Source of the DNA: Polyangia bacterium
Lineage (GTDB): Bacteria; Myxococcota_A; Polyangia; JAAYKL01
NCBI GenBank assembly: GCA_050287845.1
Contig: JBNKCR010000077.1
Coordinates: forward strand, 1 to 64,000
DNA length: 64,000 bases
Direction of reading: 5' to 3'
Shown: piece after piece, positions 19,369 to 29,389 of the stretch
How positions within the stretch are numbered: position 1 is the stretch's first letter
Layout of the letters: every line of letters starts with the position of its first letter
Translations under genes and position numbers: made by a program
Notes under the pieces: model-generated
Databases searched by the model: none
What the model saw: only the letters and a program-made list of their open reading frames with translations
Told to the model about the DNA's origin: nothing

Positions 19369-22026
19369 TTACTGAACCTGAATACCGATGGCCGAAAATG
19401 GAATACGGACAAACCCGGGGATGGAAAGGGCAGGGGAGTCGGAACGGAGCGTCAGGTTCAGCTGGGATTCATCCACAAACAGCGGGTCGGCATCTTCGAT
19501 GTTGTCGGCCACACGACTGTAGTACTCGAAGGTATCACCCCCCTGCATCCAGTTGTCGTTGAGATACCCCAGGTTGCGTTCAAAAGTGCATCCCTCCGGA
19601 TACAGCCATAGGGCGCCTTCGGCCACGATGGCATTGAAGTCATTGGGGATGGCGGCACATTCCGGATAGGCGCTGGCCCACGGTTCTTCCTGATAATTCA
19701 TCGCCTGCAGCTTTTCGAGCAGATTCCAGCTATTGCCGGGGGTGTTGTTGAAGCCCCGGTCCGGATACCAGTCATAGCCGCGGGTATCGGCCAGGATACC
19801 CGCGTCGCAGCGAACCATGATGTTGTTTTCAAAATGATTGTCCCGTCCGCCGCCATGCTGAATCCCGGCGTCCTGAATATCGTAAAGCACATTCCCCCGA
19901 ACGGTAATTCCCGAAACACAGTCGTCGAGATACACTCCCTGTACCCCAGCACCGCGCAGGGTGCTGTGCAGATGGTGAATGAAGTTGTTTTCAATTACAT
20001 TTCCCCGGGCGCCCCAGTCCCGTCCGGTATAGATGGCGCCGGCGTCACTGGATTGCTGACAGACCCGATGAATGTGATTGCGTGCGAGCAGATGCTCGTT
20101 GCCCCCGAAGAGAATGGCAGAGTGGGGCGCGTCGTGAATGGCATTGTTCAGCACCAGCTGGCCAACCCCCCAAATGCGTACTCCAGGCCGATAGGTGAAT
20201 TCGGTGCGCCCGAAATGATGAATGTCGCTGTTGCGCACAAAGTTCTGTCCCGCAGTGAGGGCAGGCCGGTCGCCGCCATCCATGGATACGCCGGTGGTGG
20301 CCGTATGGCGCACAATGCTGTTTTGAATGCCGTTATTCACTCCGTCTATGGATATGCCGCGTCCGCCACTGTTCTGCAGGGTCACACCGTCAAACAAATT
20401 GCCGCTTCCCCCTTGAATGCGCGCCAGATGGTGTCGCCCGTTTTCAATGACAACGTTCTGCATACGCGTGTTGCTCACACCGTTCATGTCCACCAGCAAT
20501 GAGTTGGTCACTGTGAGTTCAATCGCAGCGCCGGCAAGTGCCACGGGCGGATACCAGTACAGCGTGCCGGATGTCCGGTCGATATAGTACTCCCCGGGTT
20601 GGGTAATTTCCTCTGCCAGGTTGAAGGCGTAGAAAGGTTGGCCGGTGGTGATGCCGTATCCGGTTTCGGACGCGAGACGGATGGTGTTGGAGGCCACGTC
20701 AATCTCGCTGGCGGCAATGCGGCAATCGGCCCATGAGTTTCCCCAATATCCGTGAAACCAGACATCGCTTGCCAGCTGCCATCTCTCTGGTCGGGTTCCG
20801 CCATACTGAAATGCCGTGTCTGAAACCACATCGGTTATATACGAGAATCCGTGACGCACCGCATCCGGTGCAGTAAATGTCGGGGTGCCGGTGGCGCCGT
20901 TGGTAGCCGTCATGGGGGCCGGATTTTCGGCATACAGATACCACCAGGGGTCCCCATCGCTGGGGTATCCCATTTCGTCGGTGGTCAGAAACCACGCCCG
21001 ATGCCAGGTGCCATCGTATTCCCAGAAGTACCGATACAGATGATACTGCAGGCCATCCACCAGCTCGTCCCGCTGAAAAATGGAGGCGTCGTCGTTTTCG
21101 CCAATGCGGGTATATCGGCCGGTAACATCGGGGGTGAGGTTTCCAAAAATATCGATGGTGTCTCCGCCCACCTCCACATCTCCAATTCCTTCACCGGTAT
21201 CCGGCCATCGGGCCAGGGTCTGCAGCACGCCATTGACAATCAGCTCCGGTGGCGACGTGCTGCTCTCACCGCAGAACCCACGACGAGTCAGTTCGCCCAG
21301 GTCGGCAATGCCGAGGGCAATGAGATTGACCTGTACCACATTTCCCCGGACGGATTCATCCAACCGGTTCCAGATGGCATCACTGCTGTCGGTTATCGCA
21401 AATGCCGATGCCGGGATGACGGTGGCTCCTGAAATTCGAACCGTTTCACCCGGGTATCCACTGTACACAATGGGAGACGCCTGGGTTCCGGCGTCAGATT
21501 CGTTCAGCACAAACGATTCGGTCAGGGTATACACGCCTTCCCGCAGCCAGACAACCACACCACCTGCCGGCAGACCGGTAGATGCCGCAATGGTGCGGAT
21601 GGTGTCTCTGGCTTCTGTGAGAGACCCCAGGGGCCGTTCCGCTGTACCGTCGCCGCCCCGGGCGTCCGGTGAAACAAACAGCGCCAATCCATATTCAGTG
21701 CAATCGCAATCACGCCATCCCCTTCCATCCGGGGCGCAGCGAGTGAAACCGAATCCGCTGCCATCGCAGTCGCAGGCAAGGGTTTCATTGGGCGTGCACT
21801 CGGTTCCTGTGCCCCCTTGGAATGAATCCGTGTCGAATGAACCCGTGTCGAATGAATCCGTGTCGTCGGTCGAATCCGTTGTTGAATCCGTTGAATGAAT
21901 TTCGGTCGAGTCGGTGTCGTTATCGGTCAGAGACGAATCCCCACAGCCCATCCCGGGAAAAATGGCCCCGACAAACAAACTGAGAACAACACCGAACATT
22001 CGACCTTGCAACGCATATGCCTTCAT
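19369..22026 (-). CDS. Lipoprotein with right-handed parallel beta-helix (probable carbohydrate-active protein)
   Basis: GMGC lipobox; short DT tract; FVSP..GDGTAERP, LREGVY, ARWP, PGEYYID, DAGAIY and GVYLDD motifs. Confidence 0.85.
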   Translation of the reverse strand: MKAYALQGRMFGVVLSLFVGAIFPGMGCGDSSLTDNDTDSTEIHSTDSTTDSTDDTDSFDTGSFDTDSFQGGTGTECTPNETLACDCDGSGFGFTRCAPDGRGWRDCDCTEYGLALFVSPDARGGDGTAERPLGSLTEARDTIRTIAASTGLPAGGVVVWLREGVYTLTESFVLNESDAGTQASPIVYSGYPGETVRISGATVIPASAFAITDSSDAIWNRLDESVRGNVVQVNLIALGIADLGELTRRGFCGESSTSPPELIVNGVLQTLARWPDTGEGIGDVEVGGDTIDIFGNLTPDVTGRYTRIGENDDASIFQRDELVDGLQYHLYRYFWEYDGTWHRAWFLTTDEMGYPSDGDPWWYLYAENPAPMTATNGATGTPTFTAPDAVRHGFSYITDVVSDTAFQYGGTRPERWQLASDVWFHGYWGNSWADCRIAASEIDVASNTIRLASETGYGITTGQPFYAFNLAEEITQPGEYYIDRTSGTLYWYPPVALAGAAIELTVTNSLLVDMNGVSNTRMQNVVIENGRHHLARIQGGSGNLFDGVTLQNSGGRGISIDGVNNGIQNSIVRHTATTGVSMDGGDRPALTAGQNFVRNSDIHHFGRTEFTYRPGVRIWGVGQLVLNNAIHDAPHSAILFGGNEHLLARNHIHRVCQQSSDAGAIYTGRDWGARGNVIENNFIHHLHSTLRGAGVQGVYLDDCVSGITVRGNVLYDIQDAGIQHGGGRDNHFENNIMVRCDAGILADTRGYDWYPDRGFNNTPGNSWNLLEKLQAMNYQEEPWASAYPECAAIPNDFNAIVAEGALWLYPEGCTFERNLGYLNDNWMQGGDTFEYYSRVADNIEDADPLFVDESQLNLTLRSDSPALSIPGFVRIPFSAIGIQVQ

Positions 22027-22189
22027 AAGAACTCCTTTTTTGCTCTGTATAGTGTATCAACAATCCGGACTGCAGCAATCCCGGAGTAGATTCCGGCGAA
22101 AGCCGGGCAGAAAAGAGGTGGTCGTCAATTGCAGAACCCATGGTCCGTGTCACACTGTCAGAATCGAAACATTGCAAAGGAGATTGAAT

Positions 22190-23260
22190 ATGGGAAGTAA
22201 GTACAAACGAATTCTGTCTATCGACGGCGGGGGAATTCGAGGTATTATTCCCGGACAGATACTGGTGGCCGTTGAAAAAAAAATTCAGGAAAAATCCGGC
22301 AAACGTGAGGCCCGGATTGCCGACTATTTCGATTTGATTTCCGGCACCAGCACCGGTGGCATCATGACCTGCGCGCTGCTTTGTCCGGATGAAGCCATTC
22401 CCCCCCGAGCCCGGTATTCCGCCCCAACGGTAGTGGATTTGTATCGCAATAACGGCAGTAAGATTTTCAGCTCGGATATTTTTCGTAAAATCATATCGCT
22501 GGATGGGGTGCTGGATGGGGTGCTGGACGAAAAATATTCATCTGCCGGTATTGAAAGCGTGCTGACGAAATATTTCGGAGATGTGCGGCTCAGACAATTG
22601 ATAAAGCCCTGTCTGATAACTTCTTTCGACATTAAACGGAACAAGGGGCATTTTTTTTACAGTCACAAAGCCCAAAAAAATGATGCGTGGGATTTCAGTC
22701 TGCTGGAAGTCGCCCGTGCCACGTCCGCAGCGCCCACTTACTTCGAAGTGGCATTGGACAGTTCCCGGACGGGGGTGACGTATCCGCTGATTGATGGGGG
22801 TGTGTTTGTGAATAATCCGGCGTTATGTGCATACAGCGAAGCGCGACTCCTGTTTCAGCGCCCCGATTCACAGCTGCCGGTGACGGCGAAGGATATGCAG
22901 ATTTTCTCGCTGGGAACCGGCTATAGCGCTGAATCGCTGGAATACGAGAGAGCGAAGGACTGGGGGGCGGTGCAGTGGATAAAACCACTGATATCCATCA
23001 TGATGTCGGGCGTATCACAGACCGTGGATTTTCAGCTGCGACAGATCTTTGAGGCGGCAGCGGTGGATTCGGAGAAGGATTCAGAGGTTTCCGGACAATA
23101 CATCCGAATTGACGGATTGCTTCCAAATGACGTGGATGCAGCCATGGATTGCGCCACCGACGAAAATATGAATGCGCTGGCTTCGTTCGGAACCGAACTG
23201 GCGCAGAACCACGACGACGACCTGAACCGGCTGGTGGACGCATTGCTGCAGGAGATATAA
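22190..23260 (+). CDS. Patatin-like phospholipase
   Basis: AAGGAG RBS before ATG 22190; ILSIDGGGIRG, GTSTG (Ser), ATSAAPTYF and DGG (Asp). Confidence 0.93.
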   Translation: MGSKYKRILSIDGGGIRGIIPGQILVAVEKKIQEKSGKREARIADYFDLISGTSTGGIMTCALLCPDEAIPPRARYSAPTVVDLYRNNGSKIFSSDIFRKIISLDGVLDGVLDEKYSSAGIESVLTKYFGDVRLRQLIKPCLITSFDIKRNKGHFFYSHKAQKNDAWDFSLLEVARATSAAPTYFEVALDSSRTGVTYPLIDGGVFVNNPALCAYSEARLLFQRPDSQLPVTAKDMQIFSLGTGYSAESLEYERAKDWGAVQWIKPLISIMMSGVSQTVDFQLRQIFEAAAVDSEKDSEVSGQYIRIDGLLPNDVDAAMDCATDENMNALASFGTELAQNHDDDLNRLVDALLQEI

Positions 23261-23399
23261 TGTCGAAGGGCTGAGGATGGGGAAAGCCATATATATGTTT
23301 CTGTCACGTACCGCTCAGTTATTTCACGCCATTTCACGGTTTATCGATAACTTGGGGAAATCAGCTGCGATTTCGGGTTCTTACAGTACATTTTCACCC

Positions 23400-25145
23400 A
23401 TGAAATCGCTTTTTCCGCGCATAGTAGCCCCATACAGTACCCACAGCTACGCGGCCCGGTTGCAGGCCAAATATCTCCGTATTGTCAATATACTGATTCT
23501 CCTCATACTGCCAGCTCTGGTGGCAGTGAATGAGTTTATGCTGAACCACCGTTTCGTTTTTGTCCGATTCACGCTCCTCGCGCTCTGGATCATCAGTCTG
23601 CTTGATTTATGGCTTCTCTGGAAAGGAAAACTCTCCCTGGCTGGTCAGGTCTTTCTCTGGACGTTCCTGCTCGGTTTCTGGACGGTGATGTTTGTCGACC
23701 TTTCGGAAGATGTGATCGTTCGAGTGGATACCATCGTTTTCGGATTCGCCATTCTTTCGATAATCCCGCTGTTGACGTTGACCCATCGGTTTCAGCTGTG
23801 GCTGTTGCATATTGTCAATTTTATATTGTTTGTTCTGTTCTGTTACAAAGAGTATCGCTTCGGATCCATGACTGGGTTGGTGTTTCGCGATTTTGTGACT
23901 GATACATCTGTGGCCCTGATATTTCTGGCGGTCATCAGCAACGCCATTTATACCGCCAATGCGTTGGCAATGGCTCGAATTAAAGAAGATATGAATCAGG
24001 TGGATCGGACCCGGCTGCTTCTCAACCGCACAGTGAACGCCATGCCCTCGGTGTTGATGAGTGTGGATGAGACCCTGAGAGTAACCGGATGGAACGATGA
24101 AGCAGAAAAATTAACCGGTACGCCAGCCACGCGGGCGATGAACAGTTTGTTTAATGAAGTATTCACGCTGTTTCCGCAGTGGAATGACATTGTGCAGCAG
24201 GTTGCGCTGGGCAGCAGTACCGTTGAAAAAAAGAAGCAGTCCCTCTACAGGAATGATGAAGAACGGTTGTACAATTTCATTGTGTATCCCCTTATTCCGG
24301 AACAGCCGAACGGGGCAGTGATTCGGCTGGATGATGTGACGGAACAGGCGGCGTTTGAATCGATGATGGTGCAAACAGAAAAAATGCTGTCGGTGGGCGG
24401 ACTGGCTGCAGGGATGGCGCACGAAATCAACAATCCCCTTGCCGGGATTCTGCAGAATACCCAGGTGCTCCGGAGTCGGCTGACCCATCGCAATGAGAAG
24501 AACGTGCTGGATGCCGCGGAATGCGGGTTGAACCTTGACGCACTCGATGCGTATCTGGAAAAAAAGAATATTCACCGGCTCTTCGATGCAGTGACGGGCA
24601 GCGGTATGCAGGCTGCAAAGGTGGTGGACAATATTCTGTCCTTTGCCCGCAAAGAGGACGGGTCTCAGACGACTGTGGATGCTGGCGTGCTCATCGAGGA
24701 AACCCTTGCGTTGGTGCGCAATGATTATAACCTTAAAACCCACTACGATTTTCGAAAAATCGAGGTGGTGTTTCACCGGCCGGATACGGCGTTGAATATT
24801 CACTGCAAGGTGAGCATGATTCAACAGGTGCTGCTGAATATCCTGCGGAATGGCGCTCAGGCCATGAGCAGTGCCAAAGTGGCGTCACCGCGAATTGATA
24901 TTTCATTGTCGTCCGGAGCGGGTATGGTTGAGATTCGCATCGCAGACAATGGGCCGGGAATCGAAAAGGAAATACAGAGTCGCATTTTTGAGCCGTTCTT
25001 CACCACCAAAAGTCCCGATGATGGGACCGGCCTGGGACTGTCAGTCTCCTTCTTTATCATCACCGAAGCGCACAACGGATTTCTGGAAGTGCATTCCACC
25101 CCGGGAGGAGGCGCCGTGTTCAGCATCAGGCTCCCCGTCTGCTAA
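23400..25145 (+). CDS. Membrane PAS-domain sensor histidine kinase (NtrB-like)
   Basis: Several TM segments; PAS (WNDEAEKLTG); AGMAHEINNPL; DNGPG; FEPFFTTK; GTGLGL. Start could be 23277. Confidence 0.9.
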   Translation: MKSLFPRIVAPYSTHSYAARLQAKYLRIVNILILLILPALVAVNEFMLNHRFVFVRFTLLALWIISLLDLWLLWKGKLSLAGQVFLWTFLLGFWTVMFVDLSEDVIVRVDTIVFGFAILSIIPLLTLTHRFQLWLLHIVNFILFVLFCYKEYRFGSMTGLVFRDFVTDTSVALIFLAVISNAIYTANALAMARIKEDMNQVDRTRLLLNRTVNAMPSVLMSVDETLRVTGWNDEAEKLTGTPATRAMNSLFNEVFTLFPQWNDIVQQVALGSSTVEKKKQSLYRNDEERLYNFIVYPLIPEQPNGAVIRLDDVTEQAAFESMMVQTEKMLSVGGLAAGMAHEINNPLAGILQNTQVLRSRLTHRNEKNVLDAAECGLNLDALDAYLEKKNIHRLFDAVTGSGMQAAKVVDNILSFARKEDGSQTTVDAGVLIEETLALVRNDYNLKTHYDFRKIEVVFHRPDTALNIHCKVSMIQQVLLNILRNGAQAMSSAKVASPRIDISLSSGAGMVEIRIADNGPGIEKEIQSRIFEPFFTTKSPDDGTGLGLSVSFFIITEAHNGFLEVHSTPGGGAVFSIRLPVC

Positions 25146-25203
25146 AAAGACAGAATAAGTGAGCATCAATTCAGTACACTTTGAGTAGACCTATTGAAAA
25201 TAG

Positions 25204-25263
25204 CGTCATTCCCTCGAAGGAAGGGAAACCAGTCTGTTCTTCCGGTTCTCCGCGGGGAAGACG
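25204..25263. repeat. Degenerate GTCATTCCC-type palindromic extragenic repeat
   Basis: CGTCATTCCCTCGAAGGAAGGGAAACCAG...TCCGCGGGGAAGACG. Confidence 0.5.
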
Positions 25264-25289
25264 GATTGGGTTGCTCAGGGGTCCAGCTA

Positions 25290-25449
25290 AGTACAGCTTC
25301 CCATAAGTTGGGGACCATCTCACTTGTTCCAATCGCCGATGGCTGCGTTGCGCCTCCCTGAATTGGCGCTGCCAGTCCTTCGTCAGCGCGTCTTGCCCTC
25401 AGCGGTTGGCCCTGCGTAATCTGATCCCCAACCTACGGGGCGCTGTACT
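25290..25449. mobile_element. 160-bp MITE-like element with 28-bp imperfect terminal inverted repeats
   Basis: Left end AGTACAGCTTCCCATAAGTTGGGGACCA; right end reverse-complemented AGTACAGCGCCCCGTAGGTTGGGGATCA (23/28 identical). Confidence 0.75.
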
Positions 25450-25450
25450 A

Positions 25451-25711
25451 ATTGATCTACATCTTGAGCGGATTGCAGAAAGCAGCGAGGTTTCCGCAGG
25501 GGGTCCGGTGCTCTCTGATGCCGAGTTGCCGGAAATTGCAGGCGCCCTGGAGATGCTTCAGCAAAATTTTTCCGTTGATGCAGCAGCCACAGGAGACACC
25601 TGGTATCTGGAAACGGACCGGAACAACCTATACTGGGATGTTCCCGAATGCCCGGCGACAGGTGTATACACCAATGAGAGGGTTTCATTTTTTTGTATGA
25701 AGCTTGTATGA
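25451..25711 (+). pseudogene. Possible 3' remnant of a gene cut by the MITE
   Basis: Protein-like frame ...LPEIAGALEMLQQNF...SFFCMKLV* whose only start lies inside the MITE; it ends 24 bp before the next gene. Confidence 0.35.
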
Positions 25712-25735
25712 CTTAACTACAACTGGAGGTCGCCC

Positions 25736-26977
25736 ATGAAAACCAATCTGATTCACCTGTTTTTCTTTTCTGTCGCCATCGTGTTCGGTACCTGGGGATG
25801 CACATCGTCCAGTGATGACATCGGTACGACCGACATAGATACAGACACAGATACAGACACAGACACCGACACAGATACAGACACCGACACCGACACAGAT
25901 ACAGATACAGACACCGACACAGACACCGACACAGATACAGATACAGATACAGATACAGATCATCCGTCACCGGGTGTGGACACATCTCCGGTTCCACTAT
26001 GGGAAGGTTGTCCGGATACCGACGCCTATGTGGGCGATGAAAGCTGGACATATCGGTTGAATGTATCCAATCAGTCCCTGTACTGCTCCTATCCCGAAGA
26101 CGGTCCGAATGAAAATCCGCAAATCAGTCTGAAGATGGCGTATGTGGATAAAGGGCAACTTCGCCTGGTGCCGGGCAGTTATCCGTTGCCGGCGGAAACG
26201 CCCGGGAATAACGAAGGCAGCGGCATCGAGTTTGTAGCCCCCATGTGTTATCAGAATGCAACGGGAGATGTTTTCGCGTCGAGTGGCACAGGTTCGATGA
26301 CAGCGACCACGCAGCGGGAATACATATGGGACCCAGAAACCAATGAAGAACGCGATGAGAATATTCAGGTGTTCGATCACCACCAGGACCTGAAAAACGA
26401 TTCCGGAGACACCATGGATATACGCCTGACAGTGGAGTATCTGAACTATACACCGGAGAATCCGGGATCCGTGAATATCACCGGTCGATATTCAGAATAC
26501 TACCTGATGGAGAAAGATCCGTCGTATGTCCGGCTGTATACCGAAACCAGAACCCTGGAAAATCGATGGCAGCGGTTTTATCCCTGTCTGTTCTTCGATT
26601 TGGCGTCCACCCCCCATGAATTCAAAGTGACGTTCGACGGTGGCGAAATTGTGCTCGACACCGATATCGAGTCGGGATTGCCGGCCAGCGCGGGTACGGA
26701 ACCGTATTCTTTCGTTCACGCTTCGGGTTCTCTCAGTGGAGAATCGTTTGATCAGAAAGACTACTGGAAACTGATTTATGCCCCGGAACATCATCATTTT
26801 GTCCGGCATTACGCCGTGCTCTTCGATGCCGACATCTCGGGGGCATGCGGTCTGATGGTGACGGGAATCGATCCATACGCCGAGCCCCTTTCCACCGGTG
26901 TGGCGGTGCACACCATCGATTGCAACATCGACACCATCGCTTCTCTGGCAGTGACGTCTGTGGATAAACTTTATTAA
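25736..26977 (+). CDS. DT-stalk lipoprotein with an unrecognised C-terminal domain
   Basis: GGAGG RBS; GTWGC lipobox; about 20 perfect DT units; about 330-aa globular region. Confidence 0.85.
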   Translation: MKTNLIHLFFFSVAIVFGTWGCTSSSDDIGTTDIDTDTDTDTDTDTDTDTDTDTDTDTDTDTDTDTDTDTDTDTDHPSPGVDTSPVPLWEGCPDTDAYVGDESWTYRLNVSNQSLYCSYPEDGPNENPQISLKMAYVDKGQLRLVPGSYPLPAETPGNNEGSGIEFVAPMCYQNATGDVFASSGTGSMTATTQREYIWDPETNEERDENIQVFDHHQDLKNDSGDTMDIRLTVEYLNYTPENPGSVNITGRYSEYYLMEKDPSYVRLYTETRTLENRWQRFYPCLFFDLASTPHEFKVTFDGGEIVLDTDIESGLPASAGTEPYSFVHASGSLSGESFDQKDYWKLIYAPEHHHFVRHYAVLFDADISGACGLMVTGIDPYAEPLSTGVAVHTIDCNIDTIASLAVTSVDKLY

Positions 26978-26998
26978 AGAAATGATTAACTTCAACAA

Positions 26999-27175
26999 TT
27001 ATCTGCCCGACGTTTTTGCCCGGCATCCGAAGCATTCGGTGCAGGGCGAGATGGTCATATCCCGCAGTATCAGGTGGTGAACCGCATGGGAACTTTTCAG
27101 AATGCGCGTCAGGCAATGGGCGCAGGTGTCGAACGCTGTGGGCGTCCCCGTGGGTGTCCCGTCAATGAATGCCAT
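26999..27175 (-). pseudogene. Truncated iron-sulfur flavoprotein/flavodoxin-family N-terminus (58 aa)
   Basis: MAFIDGTP...LILRDMTISPCTECFGCRAKTSGR*, matching the I.PC..C..C..K..G motif, then a premature stop. Confidence 0.55.
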
Positions 27176-27444
27176 GTTTATGGATATTCATGAAGCATAT
27201 TCATCGGAGTGGTGCAATAAATGGTCGTGTTTTTTTTTACTCCGGCACAACCATTTGATACCACATGTACCCGGGGTAAAAGTTTAAGCCAGACTTCCCC
27301 TGGTGCAGTACTTGATTAATTTAATGGCGGAGACAGTTCTGGCTGTCTTGAATTGATATTCATAAAGATCAACCCGTTTTGAAAACTCACAGGGACAATA
27401 TCCGTGTTCGGATGAATTCATCACATGCGAAGGAGAATAGTGGT

Positions 27445-28623
27445 ATGAATCAGGTTAAACGTTTATTATTATTGATTTTTTTGACATTGATGTTCGGCGC
27501 TTTCGGTTGTGCGGGAGGTGAAAGCACATCAGACAGCAGTTCGAGTGACAGCGACAGTGACAGCGACAGCGACAGTGACAGCGACAGCGATACCGATACG
27601 GATACCGATACGGATTCCGACAGCGACAGCGATACGGATACGGATACGGATACGGATACGGATAGTGACACTGATACGGATAGCGACAGTGATACCGACA
27701 CCGATACGGATACCGATACGGATACGGACAGCGATACGGATACGGATACCGATACGGATACGGATACCGATACCGACACCGATACGGATACGGACACCGA
27801 CACTGACACTGACACTGATACGGATAGCGACAGTGATACCGATACGGATACGGACACCGATACCGGCAATGGCAGCAATACCAGCGCAGGCTGCGGGTCA
27901 TCCAGCCCGTTGGCCAGCGGCAATTTCTCTGAAAATATCGATGGCGCGAACCGCGACTGGATACTGGATGTACCCGACGGCTACGACAGCAATAATCCGT
28001 ATAAACTCATATTTGTCTGGCATCCGCTAGGGGGAAGCGCGTCCGGAGTTGCCGGCGGCCAGTATGATGGGATCAAACCGCTTTCCAATGGCACGACCAT
28101 TTTTGTGGCCCCGGACGGTCAGGATGGAAGCAACTTCGAAGCCAGCGGGCATGGCTGGTGGAATGTGAATGGTAGCGATATGAAATTGTTTGATGCCATA
28201 TTCAGCAAAATCACGGAGGGCCTCTGCATCGATATGGATCGGGTTTTCACCACGGGATTCAGCTTCGGCGGCATGATGTCGTACACCATTCCGTTTGAAT
28301 TCGACGTCTTCCGGGCCACTGCGCCGGCGTCGGGCAAAATCGACATTATTCCCTACGAAGCGAAATTTGATTATCCAATTCCAATCATGGCCATTCACGG
28401 TGACAACGATACCTTTGTGGCCACCGCGCTGGGACGGCAGTTCCTGGATAAATACGCTTCGGAAAGAAACGGTTGCGGTACCCAGACACAACCGACAGAT
28501 CCCAGCCCCTGTATCGAGTACCAGGGTTGTACCGCGCGGACCCTCTGGTGCGAATTCCCCGGTAGCCACAATCCATGGTCCGGAGCCCCCCAGGCCATCT
28601 GGAATTTCTTCTCTCAGTTCTGA
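27445..28623 (+). CDS. DT/DS-stalk lipoprotein esterase (PHB-depolymerase/feruloyl-esterase-like alpha/beta hydrolase)
   Basis: AAGGAG RBS; GAFGC lipobox; about 105 aa of DS/DT repeats; TGFSFGG, IHGDND and C-terminal His (GSHNPW). Confidence 0.88.
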   Translation: MNQVKRLLLLIFLTLMFGAFGCAGGESTSDSSSSDSDSDSDSDSDSDSDTDTDTDTDSDSDSDTDTDTDTDTDSDTDTDSDSDTDTDTDTDTDTDSDTDTDTDTDTDTDTDTDTDTDTDTDTDTDTDSDSDTDTDTDTDTGNGSNTSAGCGSSSPLASGNFSENIDGANRDWILDVPDGYDSNNPYKLIFVWHPLGGSASGVAGGQYDGIKPLSNGTTIFVAPDGQDGSNFEASGHGWWNVNGSDMKLFDAIFSKITEGLCIDMDRVFTTGFSFGGMMSYTIPFEFDVFRATAPASGKIDIIPYEAKFDYPIPIMAIHGDNDTFVATALGRQFLDKYASERNGCGTQTQPTDPSPCIEYQGCTARTLWCEFPGSHNPWSGAPQAIWNFFSQF

Positions 28624-28731
28624 TTTTATCTCATCGTTCCCCATCCGGAGTCGGCCTGTCCGAATTCACTGAGAAAGTGACCTTTCGTCGCCGGATTCGA
28701 ATGCATCCGATGTCGGTCTGACAAATTTATG

Positions 28732-29247
28732 TTAAAACGGATGGAAATGGTTGGCGGCCCAGTATTCCTCTTTGAGGGCGTCCTGTTGGGATAAGAGTGT
28801 GCGATAGTGGGAATCTTCCCACTCACACAGCCCCATATAAAACTGAGATATGGTTTTATCAGCGGCTCTGGCAGCCAGGTCTCTGTATTGCTGCATTGCG
28901 TTCAATTCAAGCTGTATTCCCACCGAAAGCACGGTCATTTCGTAGTGGGCTTCCTTGAGGCGCATTTTGATATCGTCGGAGAAGATGGGGTTTTTATCTG
29001 GAAACGGCGGAATCTGTTTCAGGCGCAATCCCGCATCCGGCTGCTGAGTCCTGGTGATGCTGTCGAACTGGGCCTGCAGAATGTTCATGTGTTCGAATTC
29101 ATCGGAGGCCAATTGTCGAAAGGCTTCGCGGCCACGAATGTCAGTGGTGTTTTCGGACGCGAGCATATAAAAATGATACCCTTCAAACTCCGCTCGCATG
29201 GCGGCCTGTAATCCATTGAGGATTTCGGCAAGATGCGTTTCAGTCAT
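28732..29247 (-). CDS. Ferritin-like/rubrerythrin family protein
   Basis: Two E...FY...E..H di-iron repeats (AEFEGYHFY..DEFEH; LELNAMQQY..WEDSH). Confidence 0.85.
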   Translation of the reverse strand: MTETHLAEILNGLQAAMRAEFEGYHFYMLASENTTDIRGREAFRQLASDEFEHMNILQAQFDSITRTQQPDAGLRLKQIPPFPDKNPIFSDDIKMRLKEAHYEMTVLSVGIQLELNAMQQYRDLAARAADKTISQFYMGLCEWEDSHYRTLLSQQDALKEEYWAANHFHPF

Positions 29248-29389
29248 TCCCGTCCATTCCTTTCCGCGATTGTGTCATTTGCAGATATACCGGTTGTGCC
29301 TTTAATTATAGGCGCAAAACCATCAGAAAGGAATTTTAAGAGGCGGATTGGATTTGTTTTTCAGTTGAGCGAATCCAATTTGACTGTCC

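Noticed and set aside
21914..22189. N-terminal extension of the patatin ORF
   Set aside because: It overlaps the divergent gene; the RBS and family start fit ATG 22190.
22190..23260. CBASS system around the patatin
   Set aside because: No CD-NTase or ancillary cap genes adjacent.
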